This document shows, piece by piece, positions 36,527-48,504 of a DNA stretch of 64,000 nucleotides (its first letter is position 1; every line of letters starts with the position of its first letter). A program made the position numbers and the translations under genes. Under the pieces are notes generated by a model. The model was given only the letters and a program-made list of their open reading frames with translations. It made no database searches and was not told the DNA's origin. This DNA is from Fistulifera solaris (Eukaryota): positions 1 to 64,000 of the forward strand of contig AP026128.1 of assembly GCA_030295235.1 (NCBI GenBank), read 5' to 3'.

Positions 36527-37858
36527 TTGCTTCAAACGTTTCAAATATTACCTTATCGAACAATGAATCCTTCCGTAGAACTTCCCGAATGGGTTTCATT
36601 GTCCAAGAATTTGCCACTCGATCGAACCACAAAACGTTGCAAACGCATCGAAGATGGAATGCAACAGCTTTCGCTCGAACACCAAACCTTGCCCAGTTTC
36701 TTGTTTGAACATCGCCAAGAAGATGTACACACGTGTTTGATTCGAATATTGAGCGTCGGAAATGTACAGGACGATGCACAACAATTGGAATGGATGCATC
36801 GGCATGTGCAACAAACCCTCGCTTCCTGCACGAACCTTGCACCCACCTTGTCGAGAAGAAGTACAACGGCGTTGCATGTGGCGATTCGAAATTACGGCAG
36901 TTTTCGACCACTGTTACAGACGTTGATTGAGGCAGATCCTACCATGCTGTCCGTGTTTGATGACACGGGAGAAACTCCGATCCATACGGCCTGTCGTCTA
37001 GGAATTCCTCTCCAAAGTCTACAGCTCTTACTGTCGCACATGACTCCATCGAAGGCATCACTGCTGGGTGCACCAAACCATCGTGGATGGACCCCTTTTG
37101 ATTTGGCGTGGATCCGATATTTGGAGATGGACGACATTGGTACCTTGTTGCAACGACACGATATCGGTGGTGGAAATAGTCTAGCCAACCAACGACTTTC
37201 GCAACTCTTTGCCAAGTTATTGACCGAGACCGTGGACCACATCCTACAATCAGAGCATAGGGACTCGGCCATGAAAGCTGTGGCGCCCATGATGAACGTG
37301 ATTTCGTGTCTTTTAGAAGCGTCGGTGACACACCCTGATGAAGAATCCACGCAGTATCGGATTCATCAGGCCTTTCAAGTCGTTTCGTGTTGGGATGGTT
37401 TACCTTTGATACCACTTCCCATCCTACAACTCCTTCTCGTTCAATATCCGCACCAAGTGGAGTGGGCCGATCAGCATGGAAAATTGCCGTTGCATTATGC
37501 TGTATCGATTCGACCGCGTCCGACCAAACATGAGAGAAGTATTCCACCAGCAGAGTTGAGACGCTACGTTCAAGACGTTTTGAACCAATATCCACAGGCT
37601 TGTTTGGTCAAAGATGCGGTAGGACGACTCCCCATTCACTACTGCCTCGAAAACAGAAATAATGAGACATGCGACAATTGTGTCGACTGGATAGTAAAGG
37701 ATGTCATGCTGGCATGTCCCGCCGCTATCGAAATAGTCGATCCAGTATCCTGTCTGTATCCGTTCATGATGGCGGCAACCGATTCTAACCTGTCTCTGGA
37801 GTTGCTGTACATGATGTTACGATTCCATCCGCAATGTCTCCCATCCTCTGTCCATTAA
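36527..37858 (+). CDS. Ankyrin-repeat protein
   Basis: TALHVAI, GETPIHTAC, GWTPFDLA, GKLPLHYA, GRLPIHY, LYPFMMAA. Confidence 0.88.
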   Translation: MLQTFQILPYRTMNPSVELPEWVSLSKNLPLDRTTKRCKRIEDGMQQLSLEHQTLPSFLFEHRQEDVHTCLIRILSVGNVQDDAQQLEWMHRHVQQTLASCTNLAPTLSRRSTTALHVAIRNYGSFRPLLQTLIEADPTMLSVFDDTGETPIHTACRLGIPLQSLQLLLSHMTPSKASLLGAPNHRGWTPFDLAWIRYLEMDDIGTLLQRHDIGGGNSLANQRLSQLFAKLLTETVDHILQSEHRDSAMKAVAPMMNVISCLLEASVTHPDEESTQYRIHQAFQVVSCWDGLPLIPLPILQLLLVQYPHQVEWADQHGKLPLHYAVSIRPRPTKHERSIPPAELRRYVQDVLNQYPQACLVKDAVGRLPIHYCLENRNNETCDNCVDWIVKDVMLACPAAIEIVDPVSCLYPFMMAATDSNLSLELLYMMLRFHPQCLPSSVH

Positions 37859-37897
37859 ATCAATAAGTTAGTTCGCTTTATAGAAAATATCTATCAT

Positions 37898-39871
37898 TTA
37901 AGAACAGGCTTCATAGAAAAGTAGGTACGCTTGGCAACGACGGACTTCATTCCAAGTCACTGGCCGTACCGTCAAATCCGAAGTATAATACCACTGCCCC
38001 GAACTAGGATTACGTCGATAACATACGTAATGCCCATAAAAGGCATTGCCTTGATGCTCAATCACCGAAGAAAGACGATAAGGAATAGGACGACACCGCT
38101 CTGGTGATAAAAATCCTTCCGCGAACGAGATACCACCATGGGCACAATATGGTGCCACATCCAAGACTTCCGGAAACACCACGTGCTGGGACGTCTTGGT
38201 CATTCGATTGGTAGAGGGATCGTAGTACCGACGTTGCACGTGAATCGTCAAGACCGCCGGCAACCGTGTCAACAACATTCGTTTCAACGCGGTTCCGCGT
38301 CGAATAGGAATCGAGTCATTGTACCAGTAAAACTCTTCGGAACACAAAACATCCTCCAGTGGGGCATCATCATCGGGATCGATGGAGTAAATGGCTCGCA
38401 ACTTTGCGGTTGCTTGATCCAGTTCGTGTTGCAAATGATGCACGTCTTCGGAGCCTCGTTTGGACGATTGTGATTCCATCGCTTGCTGAAACATGATGAT
38501 GTCTTCCAGCAATTCCGTTTTCTTTTCTTGAATCGTACAAGAGCGACATTCCACATCTTGTACCACTTCCACTGCCGCAAATTCCGCCAAACATTCTTCC
38601 AAACGACACGGTGGTATGTGCTGATTTGTAAATGACTTTTCGACGCGTGAGGGTTGTAAGGATTGTGACACTTCTAGGGGAACAACAGGAATGGAATGAA
38701 TCGGTGTATTGTGAATGGGTCTCCGGTGTTGACAAGTACGACATTTCAAGGCCGATCCCACCCAACAACTCATGGGCGATGCGGACGGAGTACTCCTCAT
38801 ATGGCGCATGGCGGTCGAAAACGAATGTATGGAAGATGTCACCTTTTCTTCTTGTTCTTTGTCGTCTTTCGTGTGCATCATCTCCATGTCCTCTTCCGAA
38901 TCGATGCGAGGAATAAAGACATCAAACTCCATTTCGTCTTGTTTCTTTTCTTCTCCTTTGAGCGGAAATCTTCGAATGATACCATCTTCTGGATGAGTCT
39001 TCTTGGTCGATGCCGACAAACTCGAAACGACCGTATCGTCGTCCCACTCCAAGGGCCGAAAGGTCGTCCACTCCTCCGCTTCCTTTCCCAAACAATTCAT
39101 CAGTATCTGTAACAATTCTTCCGCATCTTGGGGATGTTTTCCGATCGGTCCGGCCGTCCGAAACGGTGCATGATGGTGTGCGACTTGTTGTAAAATATCA
39201 CGAACGTCCGGTGGTTCTACTGAGGAAGAATGAAGGTACTGCAGGACGTGCCACAGTCGGGCAGTGAGTGACTCCTGCGTGGGTTCATACCGTTGTTGAT
39301 TCCATTCGACGAGTTGTTGCAAATAGAGTTGAAAGCTTTCTAATGATGCCAGTGATTGCAATACCGTATTCAAGTAACACGTTTGACCATAATTCCGCAA
39401 TCCTTTCACTTCGTTCGATGAAGACGGAGGAGACGGAGGATGTTCTCTTGCGAAATAAGACGTCAAGTGCTTCCGCCGCGGATACAAAAATTGTTGCACT
39501 ACAATGGAAAGGAATGGTTTTGACCACAAGAACACAAAGGATAACATCCAACTCATCCACGGTGATAAAATGGCCTCTTCATTTCGCAAGTTGGTGAGTA
39601 TCGTCCGCCGTGATGAAGACGATGATTCGTTGTTGTTGTTGTTGTTGTTGTTGTTGTTGATTCGAATGCGTCGTCTCATTTGAATGGGCACTTCTTCGAA
39701 ACTGGAAAAACGAGGCTGTCGTTGTTCTTGCATAATCGGTGGAGGCAGTGTAATGGTTTCTTGATCATCCAGCAAAATCGCCCGATTGGAGATTTTGGGT
39801 GTCGCTTCTTCTACGACAGCCACCGTCTTTTGTTTGTCGTGTATTGTTGTTGCGTGATTCATTTCTTCCAT
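37898..39871 (-). CDS. Ubiquitin-specific protease (peptidase C19) with N-terminal TM, USP30/Ubp16-like layout
   Basis: Cys box GLRNYGQTCYLNTVLQ, QDAEE, CxxC pairs, His box VIEHQG...GHYVCYR...SD, AYLLFYE. Confidence 0.92.
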   Translation of the reverse strand: MEEMNHATTIHDKQKTVAVVEEATPKISNRAILLDDQETITLPPPIMQEQRQPRFSSFEEVPIQMRRRIRINNNNNNNNNNESSSSSRRTILTNLRNEEAILSPWMSWMLSFVFLWSKPFLSIVVQQFLYPRRKHLTSYFAREHPPSPPSSSNEVKGLRNYGQTCYLNTVLQSLASLESFQLYLQQLVEWNQQRYEPTQESLTARLWHVLQYLHSSSVEPPDVRDILQQVAHHHAPFRTAGPIGKHPQDAEELLQILMNCLGKEAEEWTTFRPLEWDDDTVVSSLSASTKKTHPEDGIIRRFPLKGEEKKQDEMEFDVFIPRIDSEEDMEMMHTKDDKEQEEKVTSSIHSFSTAMRHMRSTPSASPMSCWVGSALKCRTCQHRRPIHNTPIHSIPVVPLEVSQSLQPSRVEKSFTNQHIPPCRLEECLAEFAAVEVVQDVECRSCTIQEKKTELLEDIIMFQQAMESQSSKRGSEDVHHLQHELDQATAKLRAIYSIDPDDDAPLEDVLCSEEFYWYNDSIPIRRGTALKRMLLTRLPAVLTIHVQRRYYDPSTNRMTKTSQHVVFPEVLDVAPYCAHGGISFAEGFLSPERCRPIPYRLSSVIEHQGNAFYGHYVCYRRNPSSGQWYYTSDLTVRPVTWNEVRRCQAYLLFYEACS

Positions 39872-40153
39872 TCTGTATGAGATTATTTCCTTGTCTCGAT
39901 TATAACTTAGAGTAGCTAGTAAGCAACCTCTTTTCCTTCTCTTTTTCGCTTCTTTCGAACGAACGACGACGACGATCATTATGAGCACCGCAAAAGCTGT
40001 GTTTTGTTGCGAATGTCACTATACGTGTCACCACGTACGGTGTGACGGACTTTTTGACGTACGCATTTGCTTTGGCTAAGGATGCTATCTCTAACGAATC
40101 TTTCATCTACCAAAATCATAGCTTGTTCTCAAATAAAACAGAAGTAGACTGCG

Positions 40154-40199
40154 AATCAAATCAAATCAAATCAAATCAAATCAAATCAAATCAAATCAA
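40154..40199. repeat. (AAATC)n microsatellite
   Basis: About 9 perfect pentamer copies. Confidence 0.95.
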
Positions 40200-40271
40200 G
40201 TAGATCCTATTACTCATATTAAAGAAGTATTCGTCAACAAACCCTATTTAAAGCCCATCGTCCGCTCTGCC

Positions 40272-41011
40272 TTACAATTTCGCAATTCCGGCCAAGACTT
40301 GTTCTTTATGACCGGGCGAAACACATTGTTTGCCATAATACACATCACACAAGGCCTTCGTCAAAGTGAGAGAATGAACGGTACCGACCCCGCCGGTGGG
40401 ATTTTTGAACAACAACGTGTCTCCCCGAATCGTCATTTCGACTTCGGCACCCGGAATGAGTTCGACGGGCGGCATGAGTTTTTGAAAGGCTTCGAGTTTA
40501 TCAAGGTCGACTCCCATCATACGAGGTTGTAAGGCTTCCACAATGGCAGCGGTGAATTTTTCCGAACTCAAATTGCGATTGAGAATGATTTTGATGGTCC
40601 GCGGATACGTGGGATCCAGCAAGGCTTCTTCGACGGCCGCCGGAGAGTGTTTGACGGCACCAAGGGCGACGGGATCAACGTAGGTAGCGACGGCATAGAC
40701 TTTGACGAATCCGTATTTGACACGGACACCGCAGCCGGCAAAGAACATGCCATTGCACAGTTGCGGAAACAAAATACCCGTGGCCGCTTCTTTGATGGGT
40801 GTTCCGGCCGATATAATGTCACAGCTGGTTAGTGTCGGAGAGAGAATGGATTTGTAGTGACTGTCGTTAGTTGTTTGCCACGCGACGACGACGGCCATGG
40901 TCGAAACTCCGGCGGCGGCGAGCCATAATTTGTTATTGTTGCTATGACGAAACGCCGACGAGTGGAAGAACTTTCTTCCCAAAAATCGAGTACTACGGGC
41001 CGTAAACATGA
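40272..41011 (-). CDS. Chalcone-isomerase-fold protein (Aim18/FAP-like), probably mitochondrial
   Basis: TGILFP, GCGVRVKYGFVKVYAVATY, ALCDVYYG...VSP; R/F/S-rich presequence plus TM. Confidence 0.85.
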
Positions 41012-41434
41012 TGAAAAAGCCAAAGAATGATAACAATTTGGTACTTTGTTAGAAAGAAGACAACAGCAACAGAAGGAGAAGCTTCTTATTTGCGTTCATT
41101 GTCAATCAACAAACCAGCGAAACGGATCTCGTTTTCCTTCGCCGTATCTTTTCTGTTTCGCCTTTTTGACACGTTTCTTCGTAAACTACAAAAAGAAGCA
41201 GAGTAGAATGTCGGAACGGGATGACGCACAGAGATCCGTTTCGTGACTCGTTCAGATTCGTGACCCAAGGAAAAGCAAACATCAAACATAGGCGGGAGCG
41301 TCCGTTTGACCATCCGTTTGACCCGATCCACAGAAAATGTTTGAATACGGAGTATAAAACACGAAGACGACGATGATGATCAATTACGCATTTGAGAAAC
41401 AAACAGGTTAAGATATTGATACCCTCTCAACAAG

Positions 41435-43975
41435 ATGCTCGGTAGTCGAAGGAGATGTATAGCAGTCGTGTTGAGAAGTAGCACAAGCCGTCGAAGGCCT
41501 CGACCCTCGTCGTGGTCGATGACAGTCTCATCGTCCATTTCTACTGTTTCTCCCTTTCTTTGTTTCGAGAACCGAGGCTTCTCGAGTCGTTTTTTCTCCA
41601 TTGCAGCACCCACTGATACTTCGGTGGATGATTTTCTGACGCGTGTGAGTGCCCAACTTCCACACATGGTGCAACACATTCTTCCGGAGAATCCGTCCAT
41701 CCAATTCCGATGGCAACAAGAAGTTTCACATCTTCAACGGAGACATCACACGCCACAACAAACTACCCCTTTAAGTAGACATCGTCTACAGGAATGGCAA
41801 GAATGGTGCTGTCGGGGCGTGTGCGAGGATATAGATGACATTTCATGGCAGAACAATAGAGGATATGGACCATGGCTTGGGGAACTGCCATTAACATGTA
41901 GCGATGATACTGCTGCTGAGATTGATGTCGTTTCATTTCAAAATGCAACGATGGCGCTGTCACCGAAAGCCGATTTACCAGACGGGTTGTCGTACGCTAC
42001 TACAGCGATATCGAGGTATGATGCGGAGATAAGAACGAGCGATCCAGAACGAAAACAGGCGCTGTTCAAGGCCTTGGCCTTGTTACGAGTCATGACAACG
42101 TCGGATTGGGCGCCATTGGATAATGTTGAGGAAGAAAGCATTTGCAACAACGATCATGATTTGGAGAGGACGATAATTGTGACTGAAGAGGACGATGTCC
42201 TGTTCGCCGACGACATTCCCGATGACGTTTTCATTGACCAATTGCATGCTTTTTCCAAAGAGACATATATATCAATGGATGACCACAATTTGCTGTTGGC
42301 CCGTCTAGCTTTGGCATTGGATTTGGAACGCGATGATGTAGCCGCTCTCCTCATGCATGAATTCACGAGCATGTGCCAGGCGAAAACACCGGATGCGGCG
42401 TCGTACGAGATTCTACTGAGTGCGCTGGTGCATCGTCTGCAACAATTCGATTCCGCCACGCAAGTAGTAGAACACATGATACAGAATCGTTCCTCGTGGA
42501 CACCGGAATGCTTGACCGCCGCCATGTATGCTTATAAAGGTCGGGGAAGGAGGGATGATGCTTGGGATCTACTGCAAACGGTGTATACGAATCCAGCCAG
42601 AGAGTTCAAGATACAAAACAAAACGTTTCAAGTGGTGATGGAAGTGGCATTATCCGAGCAGCGCAGCGATGAAGTATTACAAATCATGGAAATGGCTATG
42701 AAGGAAACAAGACGGCGGTCCGATACGAATGTCGAAAAAATTCTACTTTTAGGACTCAACTGTTCTTCTACCAAAGACCGACAGGCGACCGAGTTTTTGA
42801 CCAAAGTCATGACCATTTTGGAAGAACGCACTGTTATGGTTCCCAGTGATCGAGTGTGGCGGCATTTCATTTACGTCGCTTTCAGCCGAAGGCGTCGGAA
42901 AGATAAAGTACTTGGTCAGCTGATCCGACAAGCATTTCACAACTGGGCACTGTTTAAGCCATCGTTTCGTCCGAGCGACTCATTCTTAAGCATTGGGTTG
43001 GCCGTCAGCGAAAGTCTTTGTGATGCAGAGTTTGCCGCGGATCTAGTGTTGCGCTGTTTACGACGAGATGGTGGAAAAGTCGATTCTGCCTCCATTCCCA
43101 TACTGCAAATCATTCGGGCGGTGAATATTTGCATTGAAAGTGGAGACGTACACAAAGGAAGATTGATTTTAGATCGGTGCATTGCACACCCCAACATTCA
43201 TACGGCAATGAGGCACAAAATGTATGCATCAGTGCTGCGAGGATATGCCGAAGCGGGTGATACTGTTGCAGCTCGACAACTTCTTTCCGTAATGGCCGAG
43301 TCGTCCATTCCAATCAAGTAAGAAGCATTCATTGGACTGTATTTCTTTCGAGACGTTAGCCTAAGCTCACTTTTTTGTTGACACGACAGTCAAGACAACC
43401 TTGCCGTGATGATTCGTGCGTATGCGTTGCGCAAAGATCTGACTTCCGCCTCTTTGTTTTTGGGAGCGGTGGAGGACGGTATATTCGATGTCGAACCGGA
43501 CGCTTCAATTTATGGTAGTTACATCCTTTGTTGTGTTCGTGTGGGTGCCTGGCAAGAGGCCATGGACACTTATGCCAAATTGAAAGAACGAGACCTGATA
43601 CCTGCGGCATCCACAGTCTATTGTCTTCTACTAGCCGCCAACAAAGTGAATGGCGTGACGTCCACGGAAGAGTTTCTGCAGGACATTGTCCAATCGAATG
43701 CACAAGTCGACATGGCGTGCTGTATCCTAGCGTGTTCCCTTCTTCTTTTCCCCAAAGTCGGATCCATGAACGAACTCCGCACCCAACTCCGCCATTTGAC
43801 AGACAGCGACGAAGCAGTTCGTGAAGAAAGTCTTCAATTGTTGAAAGAACTACGAATGGCAGAACTGGAGCGAGGAGACAGCTCGGACCGTTGGCGACAG
43901 GCCCTTTCGTCTCTTCTTGATCTAGTTCGGGCCATGAATCGGAAGGATGATGGTAAACAATACTCTGTTGAATAG
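41435..43975 (+). CDS. PPR-like helical repeat protein, probably mitochondrial; intron 43318-43389
   Basis: PDAASYEILLSAL, MYASVLRGYAEAGD..AA..LLSVM, PDASIYGSYILCCVRVG.WQEAM; R/S-rich presequence. Confidence 0.8.
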
Positions 43976-44462
43976 TCGTGTAATTATTGAATTCGGAAGG
44001 AAAGTGTTGACAGACTACAATTTGCGCAGTCGTATGAGTATGGTCCGATAACCTAGCTCCTGCTTCGCCCAGCCCTAGCTCCAGTCAGTCCTGTGTACAG
44101 TACGGACGTCGAACCCGTGTCGGAAGTCCCTTGTAGATGTGCCAGCTAAGACACTCCCGCAATCTGTAGTCTCAGTGACGTAGGTGGAACATCCTGGGTC
44201 TTGGGAAAGCAACGTCATACGTCATTGATAGTGTGTACCGGTACGCTGAGAACAGATTTTTCAGAACGGCATCGGGTCATTGTCCACATAACAGCAAACG
44301 TGTTCGTAATAGGAATTACGGGTTTGCGCAATTTTGCGTTCTGTTTCGTTTTTGTGGCTCATTTCTTGCGCAAGTTCTTGCTCTTTTCCTCTACAACAAT
44401 AACAAGTAGTAGCTAGTATCCTACCTTCCTTTAATTACCTAACAAACAAACCGAATCAAGCC

Positions 44463-44833
44463 ATGACCAACGAAAAGAAAGACGCCGTTGAAACTGCGAT
44501 TGACAAATTAAAGCCCGTCTTGTCGAATATTTCCTTCGGTGCCGTCATGGGCTATTGCAGTGGGACGGCAATGAAACAGATTGGCAAAGCCACGGCCTTT
44601 TGGTCGGTCTCGGCTTCATTGGCTTGCAAGGACTCGCTCATTATGGTTATGTGCAAATTGATTGGATGAAAGTGAAAGAAAGTGCCCAAAAGTCCATTGA
44701 CACCAACGGCAATGGATCCATCGATGCCGAAGACTGGAAAGCATACTGGAAGTCGTTGAAGAAGATCTTGACGAACAAAGTGCCGGCGGCGGGAGGATTC
44801 AGTCTCGGATTCTTGTACGGATTGCGTAATTAA
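44463..44833 (+). CDS. FUN14-domain protein with EF-hand-like loop (frameshift near 44600)
   Basis: FGAVMGYCSG.A.KQIGK, LQGLAHYGYVQIDW.KV, DTNGNGSIDAED, GGFSLGFLYG. Confidence 0.88.
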
Positions 44834-44999
44834 GAGATGAGAATGATCTAATAGTGCTTGTGTATGTTTATGATGATGAAACAGAACGATAATTCAGAAA
44901 AAAAACGATATAATTTACAATTGATCATGAATGACTGTTGCTGCTTTCTGTTGTAGTTATTGTTTTCTTCTAGTGTTTTTCTCATTCATTTGTAGCGTT

Positions 45000-46309
45000 A
45001 GATGGCTTTTTCTTCTTCTTTGCTGGGCTCACTAATTGCCCCGGTAGTGTCCATCGGTGTCGCCTTTTCTTCTTCTTTCATGACGACATCCGATCGCTGT
45101 ACTTCCTCGATTTTCGCAGTTGCTTCTTCCAGGTTGTGGGTGCAGAGTGGCTTCTTGTGTTGTTGTTGCTGCTGCTGCCGCTGGATCGGTAGTAGTCACT
45201 TCCGCAGCAGTCGTAATAGTAGATTCTTCGGCTGTAATTGACGTTTCCATCGGTACGGGGTCTTGTGAAGACGGTCGTTCATTCTTTCCCTCGACTGTGG
45301 GGACGTCCTGGATAGCCACATCGACGGGATTCGTCGTAGATGGATTCGTTGTCGCTGGTTCCACAGCAGTGACATCCATCTTTGCGGGCGAGGATTCTTC
45401 TACAACAGTGCTTTTCAATTGAATGGGGATTTGTCGTCCTTTCGTGGCCCCGTACGTGGATTTTGGCTTGGGCGGCGCGGCCGGGACGGCCAACGAAATT
45501 TTGCGTTGCACTTTGGCGCCACTGACAATATCGTACGTCCGGGCCGTCAATTGATAGGGTGCCGGCGGCAAGACGACACCGCTAAAGCAGTGCGAAGGTA
45601 TCGGTGGCAACGGCATCCGATTGATGTGTTGCGCGACTTGATGGAGTTTGGGAATTTGCGCCGTCGTCGCAATGCGAAAATCGGGCCGCAATTGAACGGC
45701 CAATTTGAGGTCGCCTTCTTGGATATCGATGCGATTGGCGGCAAAGGCCAAATCGTGGGCATGGCCCATCAATTCTTGGGCAAAGCGTCGGGCTTGTTCC
45801 AACAAGCACGTCATGGCTTGCGGTGTCACATCGGCGGTCGTTAATCCGTAATGACTCAAGACTTGTTCGACCAACGGTACTTGTTCGGGCAATATGCTGC
45901 TATTTTGAATTGCAGCTGAAGTATCCCACAAGACATCTTCAATACGATACCATAAAGGATCCATTTTTCGAGCTTCCGCTTGCGCTCTTTGTTTCGCTAA
46001 ATCGGCTTGCGCCAATTTGGCTTGTTGCAGAGCCGTCGGTGTTGTTGTATTCTTATTGTTGTTGTTGTTGGGGTTCGTTGCCACAGGCTTCTTGCGCGAT
46101 GCGGGTTTCTTTACTTTGGCTTGCGTTCCGGCGGCGCCGGAAGCTTTTGTGACGGTTTTTGTTTTCGTACTGCCGCTTTTGCTCTTTGCGGTAGGAGCTG
46201 ACGGGGCGGGGGCGTTTGTAGTTGCTGTAGCTGGAGGAGCGTTGGCCGTCGGAGGAGCCGTTGCGGCTGATGGCATCGGTTGCGACGCTGTGGAAGGATT
46301 GCTCGTCAT
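45000..46309 (-). CDS. TAF9: TFIID subunit TAF9-like histone-fold protein
   Basis: LLEQARRFAQELM..A...A..ANR..I...DLKLAV...LHQVAQHINRMPLPPI....GVVLPP..YQLTARTY; C-terminus possibly frameshifted. Confidence 0.8.
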
Positions 46310-46655
46310 TAGGTCTTTTTGATATCTCTTAGCAAGCTCTTAGCAAGAGCGGTAATTCCTATACGTCTTTTTGTTTTGTATCAATAGAATAGAATATTAT
46401 AAGTCGGATGTTCGAAAAAATAGACGCAATAATTGAAATGAATGAATAAAGAGCTTTTGCTGCGACGATCGCAACAAAAATAGAAGCCGGCAAGTGGTTT
46501 GTGTTTTCGTCTTCACGGTACTAACTGCTCTATGACCGAAACGTCCAGTAAAAATCTAGGGAGAGTGGAATGCGAAAACGCCCGGGGGCCGTGCTTCCCG
46601 CCAACAGTTTTTAGCAATGAGTGTTTTTCCAAATAAATAGGCGTTCTCATGATTA

Positions 46656-47116
46656 TTGCAGTCATTCCATTGTAAAAACGCAAAGAGAAGAGAGTATGAG
46701 ATTCTAGTTTCGTATTTAAATCGAGTTGCTGAATTGGGCCATTTCGAGTCATTAGGCCTGTCCCTTGCTCGTTATGGGGCGGGAGTTCGATTCGGAGAAA
46801 TCCGAGCATGTTGCAGATGCAATCATTGGTGCAATCATCGCCAATCGGAAGCTGGCTTCAATAGATCTGAGCGAAATTCATTTTCTCTTCTATCCCACAA
46901 GCTTCTTTGATCGGATTCTCCAGTCAATGGAGGGGCATGAAGGACTTCGCACTGTTATTGTGAAAGCCTACCCATTTGTGTACAAGAACGCAGACTACAT
47001 TACAGATCTTCGATATGACGAAGACTCTTTGACGATTCTTCAAACGAAGAGGACTTTTCCGCACTCGAGCGACTGCTGTCACGCAACAGAAACATCGTTG
47101 TTCTTGACAAATATGG
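46656..47116 (+). pseudogene. 5' part of an RNI/LRR-like family gene interrupted by the outer LTR element (appears 5'-truncated)
   Basis: YLNRVAELGHFESL...NRKLASIDLS...HEGLRTVIV...LERLLSRNRNIVVLDKYG runs into the LTR; continues at 59139. Confidence 0.7.
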
Positions 47117-47343
47117 TGTTGAGAATAAATCCCTTATTTCAATCACTAGTCTCACCAATTCTATCAAACTACCACAATAGAATGAATGTATGGTCTTTAC
47201 TAGATTATCATAAAGAAGTGACAGCAACGGCTGCTGCTGCTGTTTCTTCCCTCAGCCACTGGTGTCCTTTTTGGTTCCGCGTCCGGGCTTTCCGCGCCCG
47301 GGATTCAAATCACTCATGACTGGATTCACTTTTTTTTCCAACA
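47117..47343 (-). repeat. 3' LTR of outer element (227 bp)
   Basis: TGTTG...CAACA; near-identical to 58913-59138; preceded on the minus strand by CACCACAGGAGTG (PPT position). Confidence 0.95.
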
Positions 47344-47975
47344 CACTCCTGTGGTGCAGCTTCAAGCCTTCTCTACATGCTGCACCAAACCTTTCTTGCT
47401 TGCTAAATCCTTCGACTTAGTCTCCTTAGACTTTCCTTTGTCGTTTGCTACCACTCCCATTATCTGATCCCCGAAACTTAGTGAACAGACCACCTTGGAG
47501 CGGCTTCGTCATATAGTCCCCAATCATATTTCCTGTCGGGCACCAATCCACCGATACTTCTCCCTGAGCAATCCTATCTGTGATGAAGAAATACCGAACG
47601 TTAATGTGCTTCGTGCGTTTACCGCTAGAAGCCTTGCCATTCTTTCCAACAGAATAGCACTCTTGTTGTCTTGATACAACACATTGTCAACGACGTCGTA
47701 GCCCCGCGCTTTCATGAAATACCGAGTCCAGCAAATCGCAGGCATGAAATCATCAACACCAATAATCTCCGCTTCCGTGGAGCTCTTTGCATTCAACTTT
47801 TGCTTGGTAGAAGTTACAATCGGGAAACCTCGCCCCAACGACAATCCACCACCCGAATGCCCGCGCATATTTGGATGCACTGCAAATGCAGCATCCACCC
47901 ACCACTTCAAGATACCCGATCCATTGGCACTCAAAATCAACGGTAGGTCGCATGTACCGCGAAGGTAGCGCACCA

Positions 47976-48488
47976 TGACAAATTCCGGGAGCGCACAGAT
48001 AGCTCACCCGAAACGAATCTTCAAAACAGTAATCGAGACTGAAAGAAAGCTTGTCTTCAGGAGACAGGATGCGATAGAATAGAGCGAACAAGGAAAGTCG
48101 AGGCAAACCAAATTCACTATTGTTATTCATGTGAGACTGCAAAAGAGGGCGGAAATGAAGTCAAGATCTTGTGAACTTGAACCAAATCTTGTCGACGTCG
48201 ACACTTGACCAGTACTATGCCGTCGTAGACTTAAACATAACTTCCTTAGCTCTGGTACCAACTTATACGTCACGTAGAACACTATACCACACACTACGCA
48301 CACCTCTGCGACGTGTCAAGAGAAGAACTTGCACATGCACCAAACTTCCGATGACGTGTGCGGAAGCGAACCCCAAAAGATACCATGAGTACCGGATACA
48401 CAAACTCACTATCACAAAGACAGTAAGTACACTCCACACACACTAGGAGTCCCGAATACTCATGACCAGAACTAAATATAATTTGACA
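47976..48488 (-). repeat. 3' LTR of inner element (513 bp)
   Basis: TG...CA termini with an imperfect 9-bp inverted repeat; matches 54405-54915 except for a small indel. Confidence 0.96.
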
Positions 48489-48504
48489 CTCCCCGTCTTC
48501 TCGC
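48489..48504 (-). other. Polypurine tract of inner element
   Basis: GCGAGAAGACGGGGAG directly before the 3' LTR on the minus strand. Confidence 0.85.
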
